Assembly: GCA_012862495.1 (NCBI GenBank)
Contig: BLSG01000187.1
Coordinates: forward strand, 20,402-79,864
Source of the DNA: Thraustochytrium aureum
Lineage: Eukaryota
DNA: 59,463 bases
Direction: 5' to 3'
Positions 22,768 through 34,305 of the stretch are shown here, piece by piece. The notes under the pieces are model-generated. The model ran no database searches and had not been told where the DNA came from. It saw only the letters and a program-made list of their open reading frames with translations. Positions within the stretch are counted from its first letter, which is position 1. Every line of letters starts with the position of its first letter. A program made the translations under genes and the position numbers.

Positions 22768-24567
22768 TCAAGTGAAAGCCGGCAACTTACCTGGGTGCAT
22801 TGGGTCTTCGAGGACCTCGTCTGGTGGCACGACCTGAGGCGCCTTTCCTTGTGGCTCGTTGTGCTCGCTCTGCGCTTTGTGTTTGTCGCTCGCCCCCCTT
22901 CCTCGGCTCCTGCCCGACGGTCGCGTCCTGCAGCATGAGAACCGGAGGAGCAGGCCGGCCAGGATGCAAAGCAAAAAACACGAGCCTGCCAGGGCCAACC
23001 CAGCCAAACCACCAGCCCAGCGCTCGTGCTCGGCAGTGGCCAGTTGCGCGGTCGCGGCAAGACAAAGCGCTGTGGATGGCTGGCCCGCAATCCTGTCATC
23101 CGCAAGAACCATCCACACAACGCCAGCATCCCTGGTCCTCCTCTGCTGCGCCGCGAGCTCCATCCTGCACAGCAGCCTTGGCACTGAAACGTAGCCCCGG
23201 CAGCGCACTGCAAGGCACCCGTCCTCCATGGCTTGCCCTGACCAGCGAAGCAGCATTTCTGCCACTGGATACGCGGTTCGTGGAGCCTTCCACAAAAACC
23301 GAGCAACATCGGCCACTTCCAGTCCCGCTCCCACCCACCAGACGCTGCATTCAACGGCAGCGTCCCCTGCCGTGCGCCCCGCGACGCCAAAGCCCACCAC
23401 GCCGGCGCGCTGCCCCGAGGCCGTCATCGCGCAATCGCCGCCTCGTTCGAGCTCTGCCGCAGCGTCTTTCGCGTCAGTTCTGCGCCATTTGGAGAACTTT
23501 AAAGCCGGCGTGTGGTCTCACCTTGGCGCTTGTGCGCCTGTCAGTTCTGCGGCAAGCTGGGGCGACACCTTTTAAAGGCTGCGTGCAGAGGTGGAACATG
23601 TTTTGGTGTGCTTGCTTGCTTGCTCGTGTTGCGAGTGTTGCAATGCGCGTGCGGCGAGCGTTGCCTTCGGCGTCCTCGGCTGCAGCTGGGTTTGCGAAAC
23701 CACCGAGCGGACCAGCGGCGATCACAGTGTGCCGCTTGTCGTTCGCCGTGAGCCAAGGCTTGAGACATGCGCCGTCACGGCCCGTGGGCGCCCAAGCGGT
23801 GCGCAAAACCGAGAGCAGCATGGGTTCGCTATCGACTCGATTGACCTGGATTGGGCTCCTTGCGCCGCGCGCTGCTTGTCGCGCCAGGAGCTCATCAAGC
23901 CATCCCCAACTTGCTCTGGATTCGAGCAACAGCGATTCGCCACGCATCGTCAGCGCGCCGCTCTGGTCTGTCATTGGCTGGCAAGAGCAACACAAACAGC
24001 CTTTTCGAGCCGTTCGGGCACGTCGCTTCGAGCCAACGCCGACCTCGCAACCGCCCAAGCTTCGCGCTCACTTCGCACGCGCCTCTAGAGTTGCTCGGGC
24101 ATTGTTCGGGGGCCTGCGCCGCTAAACAAAGGCAGAGCTGGCAAACTCGACAAGGTGTCGAGAGTAGAGGCGTTCGTGCCTGCGCGGGTATGAGCGGTAC
24201 CGCGCCCTCTCCAGGCCGCGGACGTGGATAGCCTCCACGTTCGAGCCCGGGCGGGAGAGCGTTTGCCCCCACAGCTGCTGCACGCGAAGCAAGTACGCGT
24301 GGTCGCCAGACACTGCGAGCACTGGGCCGACGTACTCGGCGCAAGCTGCCTCAAGCGCATCCCGTCGCTCGACAAAGCTCTCGCCCCAGTCCGAGCGCGC
24401 CTCGGGCCGAAACGCGTCCAACGAAGCCACGCGCTGCACCTCGGTCGGCACGCCAGTGTACTCGGCCACGCGCGCCCCCTCGGCAATCCAAGGCACGCGA
24501 AAGGCCCGGAAGGCGCAGCTGCGAGTACCAGGGGAGGGCCGTGCACGGGAGCTGCGGCGAGCCAAAC
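22768..24567 (-). CDS. Fragmented hypothetical single-pass membrane protein (probably continues into gap 24568-25375)
   Basis: Consecutive minus ORFs 24122-24565, 23474-24058 and 22768-23427. The last ends in a TM segment (GLAGLALAGSCFLLCILAGLLL) followed by a basic tail. No family recognised. Confidence 0.3.
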
Positions 24568-26068
24568 NNNNNNNNNNNNNNNNNNNNNNNNNNNNNNNNN
24601 NNNNNNNNNNNNNNNNNNNNNNNNNNNNNNNNNNNNNNNNNNNNNNNNNNNNNNNNNNNNNNNNNNNNNNNNNNNNNNNNNNNNNNNNNNNNNNNNNNNN
24701 NNNNNNNNNNNNNNNNNNNNNNNNNNNNNNNNNNNNNNNNNNNNNNNNNNNNNNNNNNNNNNNNNNNNNNNNNNNNNNNNNNNNNNNNNNNNNNNNNNNN
24801 NNNNNNNNNNNNNNNNNNNNNNNNNNNNNNNNNNNNNNNNNNNNNNNNNNNNNNNNNNNNNNNNNNNNNNNNNNNNNNNNNNNNNNNNNNNNNNNNNNNN
24901 NNNNNNNNNNNNNNNNNNNNNNNNNNNNNNNNNNNNNNNNNNNNNNNNNNNNNNNNNNNNNNNNNNNNNNNNNNNNNNNNNNNNNNNNNNNNNNNNNNNN
25001 NNNNNNNNNNNNNNNNNNNNNNNNNNNNNNNNNNNNNNNNNNNNNNNNNNNNNNNNNNNNNNNNNNNNNNNNNNNNNNNNNNNNNNNNNNNNNNNNNNNN
25101 NNNNNNNNNNNNNNNNNNNNNNNNNNNNNNNNNNNNNNNNNNNNNNNNNNNNNNNNNNNNNNNNNNNNNNNNNNNNNNNNNNNNNNNNNNNNNNNNNNNN
25201 NNNNNNNNNNNNNNNNNNNNNNNNNNNNNNNNNNNNNNNNNNNNNNNNNNNNNNNNNNNNNNNNNNNNNNNNNNNNNNNNNNNNNNNNNNNNNNNNNNNN
25301 NNNNNNNNNNNNNNNNNNNNNNNNNNNNNNNNNNNNNNNNNNNNNNNNNNNNNNNNNNNNNNNNNNNNNNNNNNNAGCACTCCCTCGCCGGGGCCCGCGT
25401 GCGGGCTGGGCACGGAGACCACCAAGGGGGGCGGGCAGGCGCGGTCGTGGCGCCGCCAGCGGTCACTCTCGCCGCCGTTGGGCTGCACGACGCTGGAGAG
25501 TGCGTGGGCGGCGCTTGCGGCGCTTGCAACTCATGGTCGTGGCTGTGCGCTTGGCGGCACGCGCAGCCGGTGACAGGCCACCAAGCGCGGGCAAGGAGCA
25601 GGCAAGGGCGCCGCCACCGATGCTTCCAGTCATCAGGCCTGCCTGCCCGGCGCCGGACTTGCTGCGACCATGCTCGACCCTCCGGTCCCGGGCACTTTTT
25701 ACTATGTACCGCCAGGCCTACGAGTGTTTGGCGTTCAGCGAGAGGCGTTCGTTCGGGGACTCGAGCAGCTCCAGGGCCGGTTGGCCGGCCCAGCAACCGC
25801 GCAGGTTGTTCTTGCTGTTGCTGGAAACAGGCTTGACTCCGCTCTGAGCAGATCGCCACATGCCTGCGCATGTGGCCTCACTTGATTTCAAGAAAGCGTT
25901 CATGCGCACTTGTGGGCGACTCGTTTCGCAATTTTACTTTGCAGGTTTCGACCTCGCGGCCGCCGCGACCGCCGCGATCGCGATGAGGCAGTCACCGAAC
26001 TACTTGATTGATAAGAAGAGCGCGTTGAGTAGGGCCTAGTAAAAAGTAGTTGGAGCTCCCGGTCTGCC

Positions 26069-26443
26069 ATGGGCATCACGAGCGTGTTCAAGTGCATCTC
26101 GGGCGGTGATGACACATCAAGGGCGCTGAGCAGGAGGGCCAGGTCTGCAGAGACGGGTCGCGAGGCCCAACCTCTCCAGACATGGAACGTATCCAGGCAA
26201 ATGCGCAGCGACGGAGCCGAGCTCGACGTCGTCCGGGTGGACTTGCAAAGCACGCTTGCGAGCAAGGCGTCAACCATCTCTGCGCCGCGCTCTGAGAGCC
26301 GCATCAAGCTCGAACAGCGCGTGGCCGCGCTGGAGGAGGAGCTCGAGGACTCGCGCGAGCTCGCGCAGCACCTAGTGCTGCACAACGACAGGCTCATGAC
26401 CCGCATCGACGAGCTCAAGAGCACAGCGCCGCGCGTGGCGTAG
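26069..26443 (+). CDS. Small coiled-coil protein with possible N-myristoylation/palmitoylation (MGITSVFKC)
   Basis: 124-aa ORF with typical GC3-rich codons and a C-terminal heptad region (LEQRVAALEEELEDSRELAQHL). Confidence 0.6.
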   Translation: MGITSVFKCISGGDDTSRALSRRARSAETGREAQPLQTWNVSRQMRSDGAELDVVRVDLQSTLASKASTISAPRSESRIKLEQRVAALEEELEDSRELAQHLVLHNDRLMTRIDELKSTAPRVA

Positions 26444-26658
26444 CGCAAGCTGCAAAATGAGCCGTCACGCAAGCCTCGGTGTGCCGGCGGTTCTGGCCTC
26501 CCAGCTGCAGGCGCGACGCCAATAGCGCGCCGTTGCCTACTTCGGCTCGACGGCCAGGCAGCAGAGCGCGCCAGCGGCAAACCAAGATTGAATGTAGAGT
26601 AGTACTTTAGATGATTGACGTTTGAAGGCTTGGCTTCGTTTTTTCGCCAATGCGCGAA

Positions 26659-29600
26659 TCACGCTGCCGAAATGGGCCCCACCTTGCCTTTTCCTGCAAG
26701 CGTCTGCTGCATGCGCGCAAGCTGCTCACGCCTGCGCTTGAGCTCTTTGCTAGCGGCGTTCAACGCGTTGTAGACCTCGCGCCGCTCGGACGGGCTGTTG
26801 AACACCATCACGAGATTGTCCACCTTTGCTCGCGACTGCACCTGATCGAGCGCGGGATCCTGCGTCCGGCTCGCGACCGAGCGTCGCCGCTGCAAGAGCC
26901 GTAGAGCCACAGAGCTGTGCGAGGAGCCCGTTTCCGATTTGTTTGAAACCATGTTGATGTACACAACCTGGAGCGGGTAGACTCGGTCGATGCGCGAGCC
27001 CCCGTTTCCGCCAGATCCGCCTCCGCCCTGCATTGCGGCATCAAAACCGCTGCCGCTGCTGTGCCGCGACGAACTTCCACTCCCACCGCCGCTCCCATCC
27101 CCGCCAACCGTGCCAGGCTCGACAGCGCAGAACGAGTCGCGTCCCGCGTGCGCCCCACCGTTGACGTGGGAGGCATCGACCCAGATCTTGGAGAGGTCGA
27201 TCCACATCTTCATGTCGTACTTGTGCGCCGCCACCTTCTTCGCGACGATCAGGACGTCCGAGAACAAGAAAAACACCCGCGGCTTGGCCCGCGACTCTTG
27301 CCCGTGCGATCCACTTGCTGGGTCGTGCGTTGCCACACTGAGTGGGCACGACCACTCGAAACGAAAGCTGCGCCCGGGACACAGGATATGCTGCTGAGCT
27401 GCGTCGTCACTCTTCTCGGCCGCTCCGCGATCGCCGCCTGCCTTGGCGGTGTCAAGCTGGCTGGAGCAGTGCTTGGACGACCTGCCATATCCGTTCGAGC
27501 CCGGCGCCAGCAGGCCCTGCGCCGGCTTCGGGCCCGAAACCGCGTCTTGCATGGAATGGTGCGTTGGCCCGCCAGCCCCAAAGCCACGCCACTTCTTGGT
27601 CGCCTTGTTGAGGCCCTCGACCTGCTGCGCGATCTCATAGGCTCGAATGTCGAGACGCGCTCGCTTGCGCTCTTCGTCCAGCTCTCTGGTGATGGCCTCG
27701 ATCGTCTTGCAGGCTTCCTCAAGGTGCGCGTGCGCCTCGCTCTCCGGGCTCGTGCACGACAGCAGCGTGTGTAAAAACTCGTTGTAGCGCGAGACCTGGT
27801 TCACCGGGATGCGGAGCAGGTCGCGCAAGTCGGTCCCGTAGCTCGGCAAGCTGCGGTTCTCTGCTGTCGCGCGCAAAAACTTTGCAAACTTTGGCACTTC
27901 CTGGCGGCATCGCGACAAGGCGCTCATACTGCTCGAGTGTTGCTTCACATAGACCGCGTAAATGGTCCGCATGAACGGCAGCGTGTCTTTGAACGACCGG
28001 ATAAACCCAAGCGTCATGTCGTGCGAGGGCGTCTTCTTGTGCCGCGCCAACTCGGTCTCGATGCTGCCTAGCATCTGTGCGTGCAAGTGCAGGATCTGCG
28101 TCAGGTTTGAAAAGATGACCCCCGTGTCACGCTTCGAGAGAATCTTGCCCATGCCAGCCATGCTGTTGGCTTCGTCCAGGGAAAGGCGCAGGTTGATGGG
28201 CTGGAAGTAGTTGCCGCTGATCACACTGAGCGCGTCCACGTACGAGCGCTCGTCCTGTCGCAGTCTCAAAAAGACCGTGCGCTGCCGCTTGCTGTCTTCC
28301 ACAGTCCCCTCCCGCCACGCAACGCGCCTGCTCGAGCGGCGTGGCGCGCCAACGCTGCTGGGTCCTGGAAGAGTCATCGAGGCTCGCACGCTCTGTCGCT
28401 TGATTGTTCGAGCGCTCTTTGGCGGCGGCGGCGGTGGGACGGCCCGGACCTGCTGGTCACTCTCGCAGGGCTGTTCGACCACAGCGTGCGCGGCGCCCGT
28501 GGCGAGGTCAGTTTGCTCAGAGCAGGCCCACATTATTGGCGCATTTGCCGGTCCGCGAGCTCTGCATGAGGCTGAAGCCTCGTCCGCGGCTGGCACTGCA
28601 CAAGTAGGTGCCTCTTGCAGCGATTGCGCGGGCCACGTGGTCGCCGCGAGCACCACGCCCCGCTTGTGGCTGGGCTTTGGAGGAAGCGGCGGCGCAACGG
28701 GCGGCACAACTTCTTGGCCGGATGACGATCTCTCCGGCTCTGCGGTTGGGCTCGTGGGCTGCTTGTCCTGGAAAAACGTGGCGGCCGTTCGCGCGCGTGC
28801 GCGCCGCCCGCTGCGGGACCGCGATGCAAGCGAAGCGTTCAGACTTCGAGTTGAAAAGCTGCCTCCCGACTTTTGCCGCGGAGACAGCGACTCGCTGTTG
28901 TGCGATTTCAAGATGGTGGCCGCTTTCTCTGCGGCCTCTTGCATCGGCTGCATACACTGCTGTCGAAGCAGGGCCATCTGCTCCTTGCAGTGCTTGATCT
29001 GCGCCTGCAGGTGGGCCTGCACCTCCTGCTTCTTCTCCTGGCTTGCTGCGGCGAGCCGCAGCTGCTCCTCTTGTCGTCTGAGCTCGGCTGCCTGTGCGGC
29101 TTGGAGGCGAATCTCATCGCGGCTGCGCAAGTAGCTGGTCCGCGCAATCGTCATCCTCGCGAACGCCTGAAGCTGGGCAGAGGCGAACAGCGCGTCCCGG
29201 AACCGCTCGACGCAGCTCCGCGTCCGAGCGAAAGCCTGAATGCGTACGACGGCATCGCAGCGTCGCGCCGCCTCGCGCGCCGCGCCTCTGGCTCGCGCTT
29301 CCTCAAGCAGCTCGCAGAACCGCCGCGCCGCAATGGCCTTACTCGTGCACGCTCTCCAAGCCGCGCGCGCACAGTGCCGGCGGAAACGCTGCAGGACTAG
29401 GTCGCTCGCTGGAGAAGGGCTTCCACTGCCTTGGCTGTCGAGGACGGCGTCCACGCGCTCGAGCGCGCCTGGGCCAAAGAAGACCTTGGTTCTCCCGCAT
29501 TTGTACGACCTTGCAGGGACTTGGTACGCGTGGAAGAATGCGCGGACGAATCGCGCGCTGCGGCGGCGTTCGACCTCCGCAGCAGACCCGACGGCGCCAA

Positions 29601-31893
29601 CGTCCAAGAGTCGCTTGCACGCCGCTACAGTCGCGCTCGGGATTCGCGCCTCAAAACTCGCAGCGACCTCGTTGTAGTCGATGCGTGTTGGAAAGCCGCC
29701 GCTGCGAAGCGCCTTGGCAGTCTGGGGGATGCCCAGACTGCGGAGCTGGTCGAGCACATAGCTCGCGTCGAACCATGCGTCGTCCTTCGACGCTCTGGAC
29801 ATGGTCAGGTTGGGCTTGATGCACCGGACAAACGAGCACTGCGTCGAGCTCAGGTCCGCGACGAGCGCCCCGATTTGCTTGGAGAACTTGCACACGATCG
29901 ACCTGCTCTGCCGTTTCCCTTGCGTCGCGTCGCTGTCCCCGGTGGTCACTCTGAGCAGCTGCTTTACGAAGTCGACCGAGCTCTGCGCGAGAACGGCTTT
30001 CGCGTCCTTCGGCAGGCGATCGAGGTTCTTGCGCAGAAAGTTGCCAATCGTGTAGGTCACATCCGAGGCGTAGTGAGCGACGATAAAGGTAGTGCGCCTG
30101 TCTTTTGGGTGTGGTCCTGGGAACTTGAAATGCCCCCCGTAGGTGGCGTGGAGCGCGGCGAGAAACTTTTCGTCGGTCGGATTGGGGCACTCGCTCTCTG
30201 CCTCGAGAATCTGAAGTATTCCGCGCTTGCCGGACTTGCGGTCCCCCACGAAGAGCTCGAGGCAAGTCTGCGCTGCGTCTGTTTCGCCTTGGACGTTCAG
30301 CGCCGCACTGCGAGCGCCATGATCGGATACGAGTCCCTCCTCTCTGTACAGCATGGCTTCTGTGACGAGCACGGTCTTGTGGAACGCCTCCTGCAGCGCC
30401 TCGTTGGCGAAATTGATCAGGAGCTGCTCAAAGTCGTTCTTCACGAACGTCTCAAACCCGAAAATGTCAAGCACGCCCACATACGTGGACTCGAGATCCG
30501 CACTGGAGCCGCCCTTTGGGGCAAAGTTGGCGTTGATCTGCTGCAGCAGCCAGTCGAAAAGTGCGCTGTACAGGCTCTTGGCGAGAGCGTCGCGGGACTC
30601 TGAAGCCTCGTTGAGCTTTCGCTGGACATTTGCGACCTCGCCGCCTGGCAAGTTGACAACGCGCTCCAGCAAAAGGCTGCAAAGGTCGCCCCGCGCGAGG
30701 CCCAGCAGGTCGGCAGCAAGGCCCACGGCGTCAGCGCTCCCGGTCTCGTGTGCAATCGCGGCCACGCTGCCTTGTTCCGACTCCCTCTGGCAAAAGCGAA
30801 TGTTGCCGAGTTGGAGGGTGGCCCCGAGAGCGCACATCACGCTCCGTGTTTGCTCGCCGAGCCCGACGGTGCGGAGCGAGTCGACGAGGCGTGCAAAGCT
30901 CTCCGCGTCGGCTGCGCGCTGCTCCTCCGTGTCGAACAGCGCATCTGGGGCTTTGCAAAGCGACCCCGCCGTCCCCTCGTCGCTGGAAACTGGCGTCATA
31001 TACCTGAAGCCGTAACCCGCAAACGCGCCGCGGTCGCCGGCATCGAGGTGGGCCGCTTCGCGCAGCTCAGCGTCCGCGCCATGCACGAGCTCGTAGAAAA
31101 CGCGAAACGAGCGCTCGCCTTGACTGTGGATGGAAATGCGGCTGCGCTCGAGCAGGTACGAGCTGATCGAGGCGTGCACGAGTCGGATATCGTTGCGGTT
31201 TCGACAGTCAAAGTGGAGCTTGGTGAACTTGCCGAAGCGGGACGAGTTGTGGTTGCGCAGCGTCGCAGCGTTGCCAAACGACTCGAGAATCGGGTTGATG
31301 CCGAGCAACTGCGCGTCGATGCTTTCGTGCTGGGGTCTCTTCGCCGGGCTCTGCGCAGCTGATGTTCGCGCGATAAGATGGCGGACAACCCGTTTGCTGA
31401 CTTCAGTCTTGCCTGCTCCGCTCTCGCCTGCGATCACGATCGACTGAGCGCACGGTCGGCCGTTCTTGGCTGCAAAGCACAGCTGCTGGAAGGCTGTTTC
31501 GGCCGTGCTGTATGGGTGCGGCTGCAGGACGTCGCCGGGGCGAGAGCGAAACCCAGGCAGCACAACATCCCCGACCTCTTGGAGAGGGTTGACGCTGACA
31601 AGAATTCCGCTCAGAAACGTGTACGGCCGATCCGCGTACGAGCGCTCCTGGAGCGCGTGGAGAATGGCGGGCTCGTTCAGGTGCCGTAGCGCAGTCAGGT
31701 CAGATAGGTCAGCATATTTGCCGCGCGGCTCTGTGTTGGCTGGGAAAACGTCCTGCCTGTCAATCGGGATCGTTACGCCGAGGTCTGGGACCCAGACGAG
31801 CGCCTGCGCGGAGGTGCGGCCGTCTTCGCGATCGTCCGCAAGGGTTGCGCGGAGGTACTCGCCCTCGAACAGAATCCAAGCTGGAGGCCCCAT
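26659..31893 (-). CDS. Unconventional myosin with IQ motifs, coiled coil, proline-rich linker, RhoGEF (DH) and PH domains
   Basis: Intact 1744-aa ORF. P-loop GESGAGKT, NHNSSRFGKF, DIFGFE, FVRCIKPN and GRTKVFF. IQ motifs RIQAFART and QLQAFARM. DH-like ERSYVDAL..IFSNL..IP..VSRY. PH-like FFLFSDVLIVAKK. Confidence 0.92.
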   Translation of the reverse strand: MGPPAWILFEGEYLRATLADDREDGRTSAQALVWVPDLGVTIPIDRQDVFPANTEPRGKYADLSDLTALRHLNEPAILHALQERSYADRPYTFLSGILVSVNPLQEVGDVVLPGFRSRPGDVLQPHPYSTAETAFQQLCFAAKNGRPCAQSIVIAGESGAGKTEVSKRVVRHLIARTSAAQSPAKRPQHESIDAQLLGINPILESFGNAATLRNHNSSRFGKFTKLHFDCRNRNDIRLVHASISSYLLERSRISIHSQGERSFRVFYELVHGADAELREAAHLDAGDRGAFAGYGFRYMTPVSSDEGTAGSLCKAPDALFDTEEQRAADAESFARLVDSLRTVGLGEQTRSVMCALGATLQLGNIRFCQRESEQGSVAAIAHETGSADAVGLAADLLGLARGDLCSLLLERVVNLPGGEVANVQRKLNEASESRDALAKSLYSALFDWLLQQINANFAPKGGSSADLESTYVGVLDIFGFETFVKNDFEQLLINFANEALQEAFHKTVLVTEAMLYREEGLVSDHGARSAALNVQGETDAAQTCLELFVGDRKSGKRGILQILEAESECPNPTDEKFLAALHATYGGHFKFPGPHPKDRRTTFIVAHYASDVTYTIGNFLRKNLDRLPKDAKAVLAQSSVDFVKQLLRVTTGDSDATQGKRQSRSIVCKFSKQIGALVADLSSTQCSFVRCIKPNLTMSRASKDDAWFDASYVLDQLRSLGIPQTAKALRSGGFPTRIDYNEVAASFEARIPSATVAACKRLLDVGAVGSAAEVERRRSARFVRAFFHAYQVPARSYKCGRTKVFFGPGALERVDAVLDSQGSGSPSPASDLVLQRFRRHCARAAWRACTSKAIAARRFCELLEEARARGAAREAARRCDAVVRIQAFARTRSCVERFRDALFASAQLQAFARMTIARTSYLRSRDEIRLQAAQAAELRRQEEQLRLAAASQEKKQEVQAHLQAQIKHCKEQMALLRQQCMQPMQEAAEKAATILKSHNSESLSPRQKSGGSFSTRSLNASLASRSRSGRRARARTAATFFQDKQPTSPTAEPERSSSGQEVVPPVAPPLPPKPSHKRGVVLAATTWPAQSLQEAPTCAVPAADEASASCRARGPANAPIMWACSEQTDLATGAAHAVVEQPCESDQQVRAVPPPPPPKSARTIKRQSVRASMTLPGPSSVGAPRRSSRRVAWREGTVEDSKRQRTVFLRLRQDERSYVDALSVISGNYFQPINLRLSLDEANSMAGMGKILSKRDTGVIFSNLTQILHLHAQMLGSIETELARHKKTPSHDMTLGFIRSFKDTLPFMRTIYAVYVKQHSSSMSALSRCRQEVPKFAKFLRATAENRSLPSYGTDLRDLLRIPVNQVSRYNEFLHTLLSCTSPESEAHAHLEEACKTIEAITRELDEERKRARLDIRAYEIAQQVEGLNKATKKWRGFGAGGPTHHSMQDAVSGPKPAQGLLAPGSNGYGRSSKHCSSQLDTAKAGGDRGAAEKSDDAAQQHILCPGRSFRFEWSCPLSVATHDPASGSHGQESRAKPRVFFLFSDVLIVAKKVAAHKYDMKMWIDLSKIWVDASHVNGGAHAGRDSFCAVEPGTVGGDGSGGGSGSSSRHSSGSGFDAAMQGGGGSGGNGGSRIDRVYPLQVVYINMVSNKSETGSSHSSVALRLLQRRRSVASRTQDPALDQVQSRAKVDNLVMVFNSPSERREVYNALNAASKELKRRREQLARMQQTLAGKGKVGPISAA

Positions 31894-33135
31894 CCGCTTT
31901 CTCCGGGATCGCTAGCGCCTGCGCTCCGCAGCTCTTTGGCAAACTCGCGTTGCTGGCCAGAAGCCGTAGCCTGCAGCTGACGGCAGCGTCCAGCGCACTG
32001 CGCAAGCTTCGTCTGGCGATGTGGGCGCTCTTGCGCCTCGCCGCGCTGCCGAGCGGCTGGCAAACAAATGCGCGGTGCTAGAACGTGAGATGAATGGCTC
32101 TGCCTAGCGCGATGCTCTGCTTTGGAGCGATTGCGCCCAGGCAGCCGACTGCAGAAGGAGGCCAATTTGAACCAAGCCAAACAAATCCAGCTCGGGTCTT
32201 CCAAAAAGAATTGCGGAATCCTTGCGCTTGCAACCCACAAAGCGCTGATGCTGCTCGCTTCTTGAGTCGAGGGCGGCTTTGGGGCCCTGCAAGGCCAACA
32301 ATGGGAGCTCGGCGCCAGCGCGTGGCTTGAAAGTTTCGGACTTTGAGCAACTCTACGTTTCGATCCCGTCGGAACCTGCAGGCGTGCGACCTGTGAGGAC
32401 CGGCGTCGTATTGGCTACCTTGCGGTCTCGCCTTTGCCGTTGTGCCGTCTTGCGTCAATGCCCACGGCGCCGCAGCCGATCGTTTCTCCGTTTTTCTTTT
32501 CTTCAAATCTCCGACCGGAGCGTGCGTCCCTGCGACTGTGACACACGACCAACGCGCCTCCTTGACAAGCGCCGACTTGCTCGATGCTCATGCCGAGGCG
32601 GATTCTCCTTGCTCATAACGGCATCAAAAATTGATCGCCTGCTGCGTTGCCACGCATGTTCTCGATGCGTCTTTCGCTTCGTTGGCATCGATTCGAGTTG
32701 ATTGCACGACCGCCGCAACACTCCAAGCTCGGCCGAAACCGCCAAACCCTCGCGGCCCCAGCTGACGCCTCGCAGCCCCAGCTAACGCCCGCCCGCCTGG
32801 CGCTCAGCAGCCCGACGCCGCCTCGCTCACTCGCAGTCGGTGCAACCGGGCGCCCACAATCCGTCCCACGAAAGGCGGACGGACCAAACCTTGTGAGAAA
32901 CGCATCCAGCAGGTGTGTACAGCTGTGTACCCGTTTCTACGAACTCCAGCTAGAATAGAAACGCGGGCGAGCAGCGAACGAGAGAGAACATGAGAATGAT
33001 CGCTGCAGGTGCCCTGCCTTTTGGCCAGACCACGGAGACAGAGTCGCTCGGAGGTCGAGGAAGTGTGCTCGAGTCGGACGCGAGGCGGCCTGCGCGCGGC
33101 TTGGACGGGTTTGGAGCGCCAGCGTGGCTCGGGAG

Positions 33136-34305
33136 ATGGGGCAGAGCCAGTCGGTCGACAAGTATGTGACGTTTGCCGTCGTGCTGTGCAAGGAGCGGTT
33201 CGCGCTGGACGAGGAGGTGAGCGGCGTGGTGAACGCCTGCGTGGTACAAGAGACGCCGCTTGACGGGCTGTGGGTCACGCTCGCGAGCGGCGCGACTGTC
33301 GGAGTCCAGCTGAACGTCTCGCAAGATGCTCAGTTTTCCCAAACGATCCAAGTCAAGCGGTGCGCCGACGGCACGCTGAAGAAGGGCTCGTACCAGTTTC
33401 CCTTCGCCTTTCGGCTCGGCGGCAACCTTATCCCCTCGATCAACTTTGCTGCTAAAAGCGACTTTGCCCGCGTGACTTGGCAAGTGTCCGTCTCGGCGCG
33501 GGCGCCAGGCTGGTTCTCGAGAGCCAAGACCGTGTGCCAGCGAACGGTTGACGTGGGCGGGGAGGCCGCGCGCAGCAACCAACCGCTTGTGACGCGCTGC
33601 GACCTGAGCATCGACAGCGGATTTGCGATGTTTCGGTCCAAGGGAAGCGCGACCGTCCACGGCCGGTTGGAGGAGTTCATCTACAGGGCAGGTGACACCT
33701 GCTTTGTGACCCTGTTCCTCAAGAACGACTCTAACGTGGTGATCGACCTTGGCTCAGTCAAGCTGCTCGAGACCGTGCGCCTACGGAGCAAGGGCGAGAC
33801 GAGTACGCACCACAACAACAAGTGGACACTCGCGGTGGAGGGGGCTCTGGCGCGCTCTGAGGCTTGGGAGCCCTCGGGCAAAGGAGCAAGCGCAGGCCGA
33901 CGCGAGGAACGGGCGTCGTTTGGCGCTATCGGCAAGGAGACGGCAGTTCGCTTCAGCGTGACGCTACCCGCCAATGTTCCCTTGGAGTCCTTTGCGCTCG
34001 CCAAGGTCGCGGTCACGCACAAACTGATCGTCAAACTACAACCCCGTGCTGTGTTCGGGGCGGCCATGCTCGTTGAGTTACCGCTTTGTCTGCGGCGGCC
34101 GGACTCGGGGGCCGACCCGCTCACGGCAGGGGTCTATGGAAGCCCCCTTACCGCAATCCCGGTCGCTCAGGTTGTTGGGGCGGAATACGGCGATGCATCA
34201 GCTGTCCCGCTCTTCACGCCAGCGCCCGCCCCGGCCCCGGCCCCGGCGTGCAGTGCACACGAGCCAGCAAAGGCGCCGCAGTGTGGATCTGTTGGCCTGG
34301 CGTGA
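33136..34305 (+). CDS. Arrestin-fold (alpha-arrestin-like) protein
   Basis: LKKGSYQFPFAFRL..LIPSI (Arrestin_N) and YRAGDTCFVTLFLKNDSN (Arrestin_C). The MGQSQS start fits N-myristoylation. Confidence 0.75.
   Translation: MGQSQSVDKYVTFAVVLCKERFALDEEVSGVVNACVVQETPLDGLWVTLASGATVGVQLNVSQDAQFSQTIQVKRCADGTLKKGSYQFPFAFRLGGNLIPSINFAAKSDFARVTWQVSVSARAPGWFSRAKTVCQRTVDVGGEAARSNQPLVTRCDLSIDSGFAMFRSKGSATVHGRLEEFIYRAGDTCFVTLFLKNDSNVVIDLGSVKLLETVRLRSKGETSTHHNNKWTLAVEGALARSEAWEPSGKGASAGRREERASFGAIGKETAVRFSVTLPANVPLESFALAKVAVTHKLIVKLQPRAVFGAAMLVELPLCLRRPDSGADPLTAGVYGSPLTAIPVAQVVGAEYGDASAVPLFTPAPAPAPAPACSAHEPAKAPQCGSVGLA

Noticed and set aside
10477..34305. Receptor-kinase, myosin-RhoGEF and arrestin as a functional signalling gene cluster
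   Set aside because: They are separated by unrelated genes, and eukaryotic neighbourhood alone is not evidence of a shared pathway.
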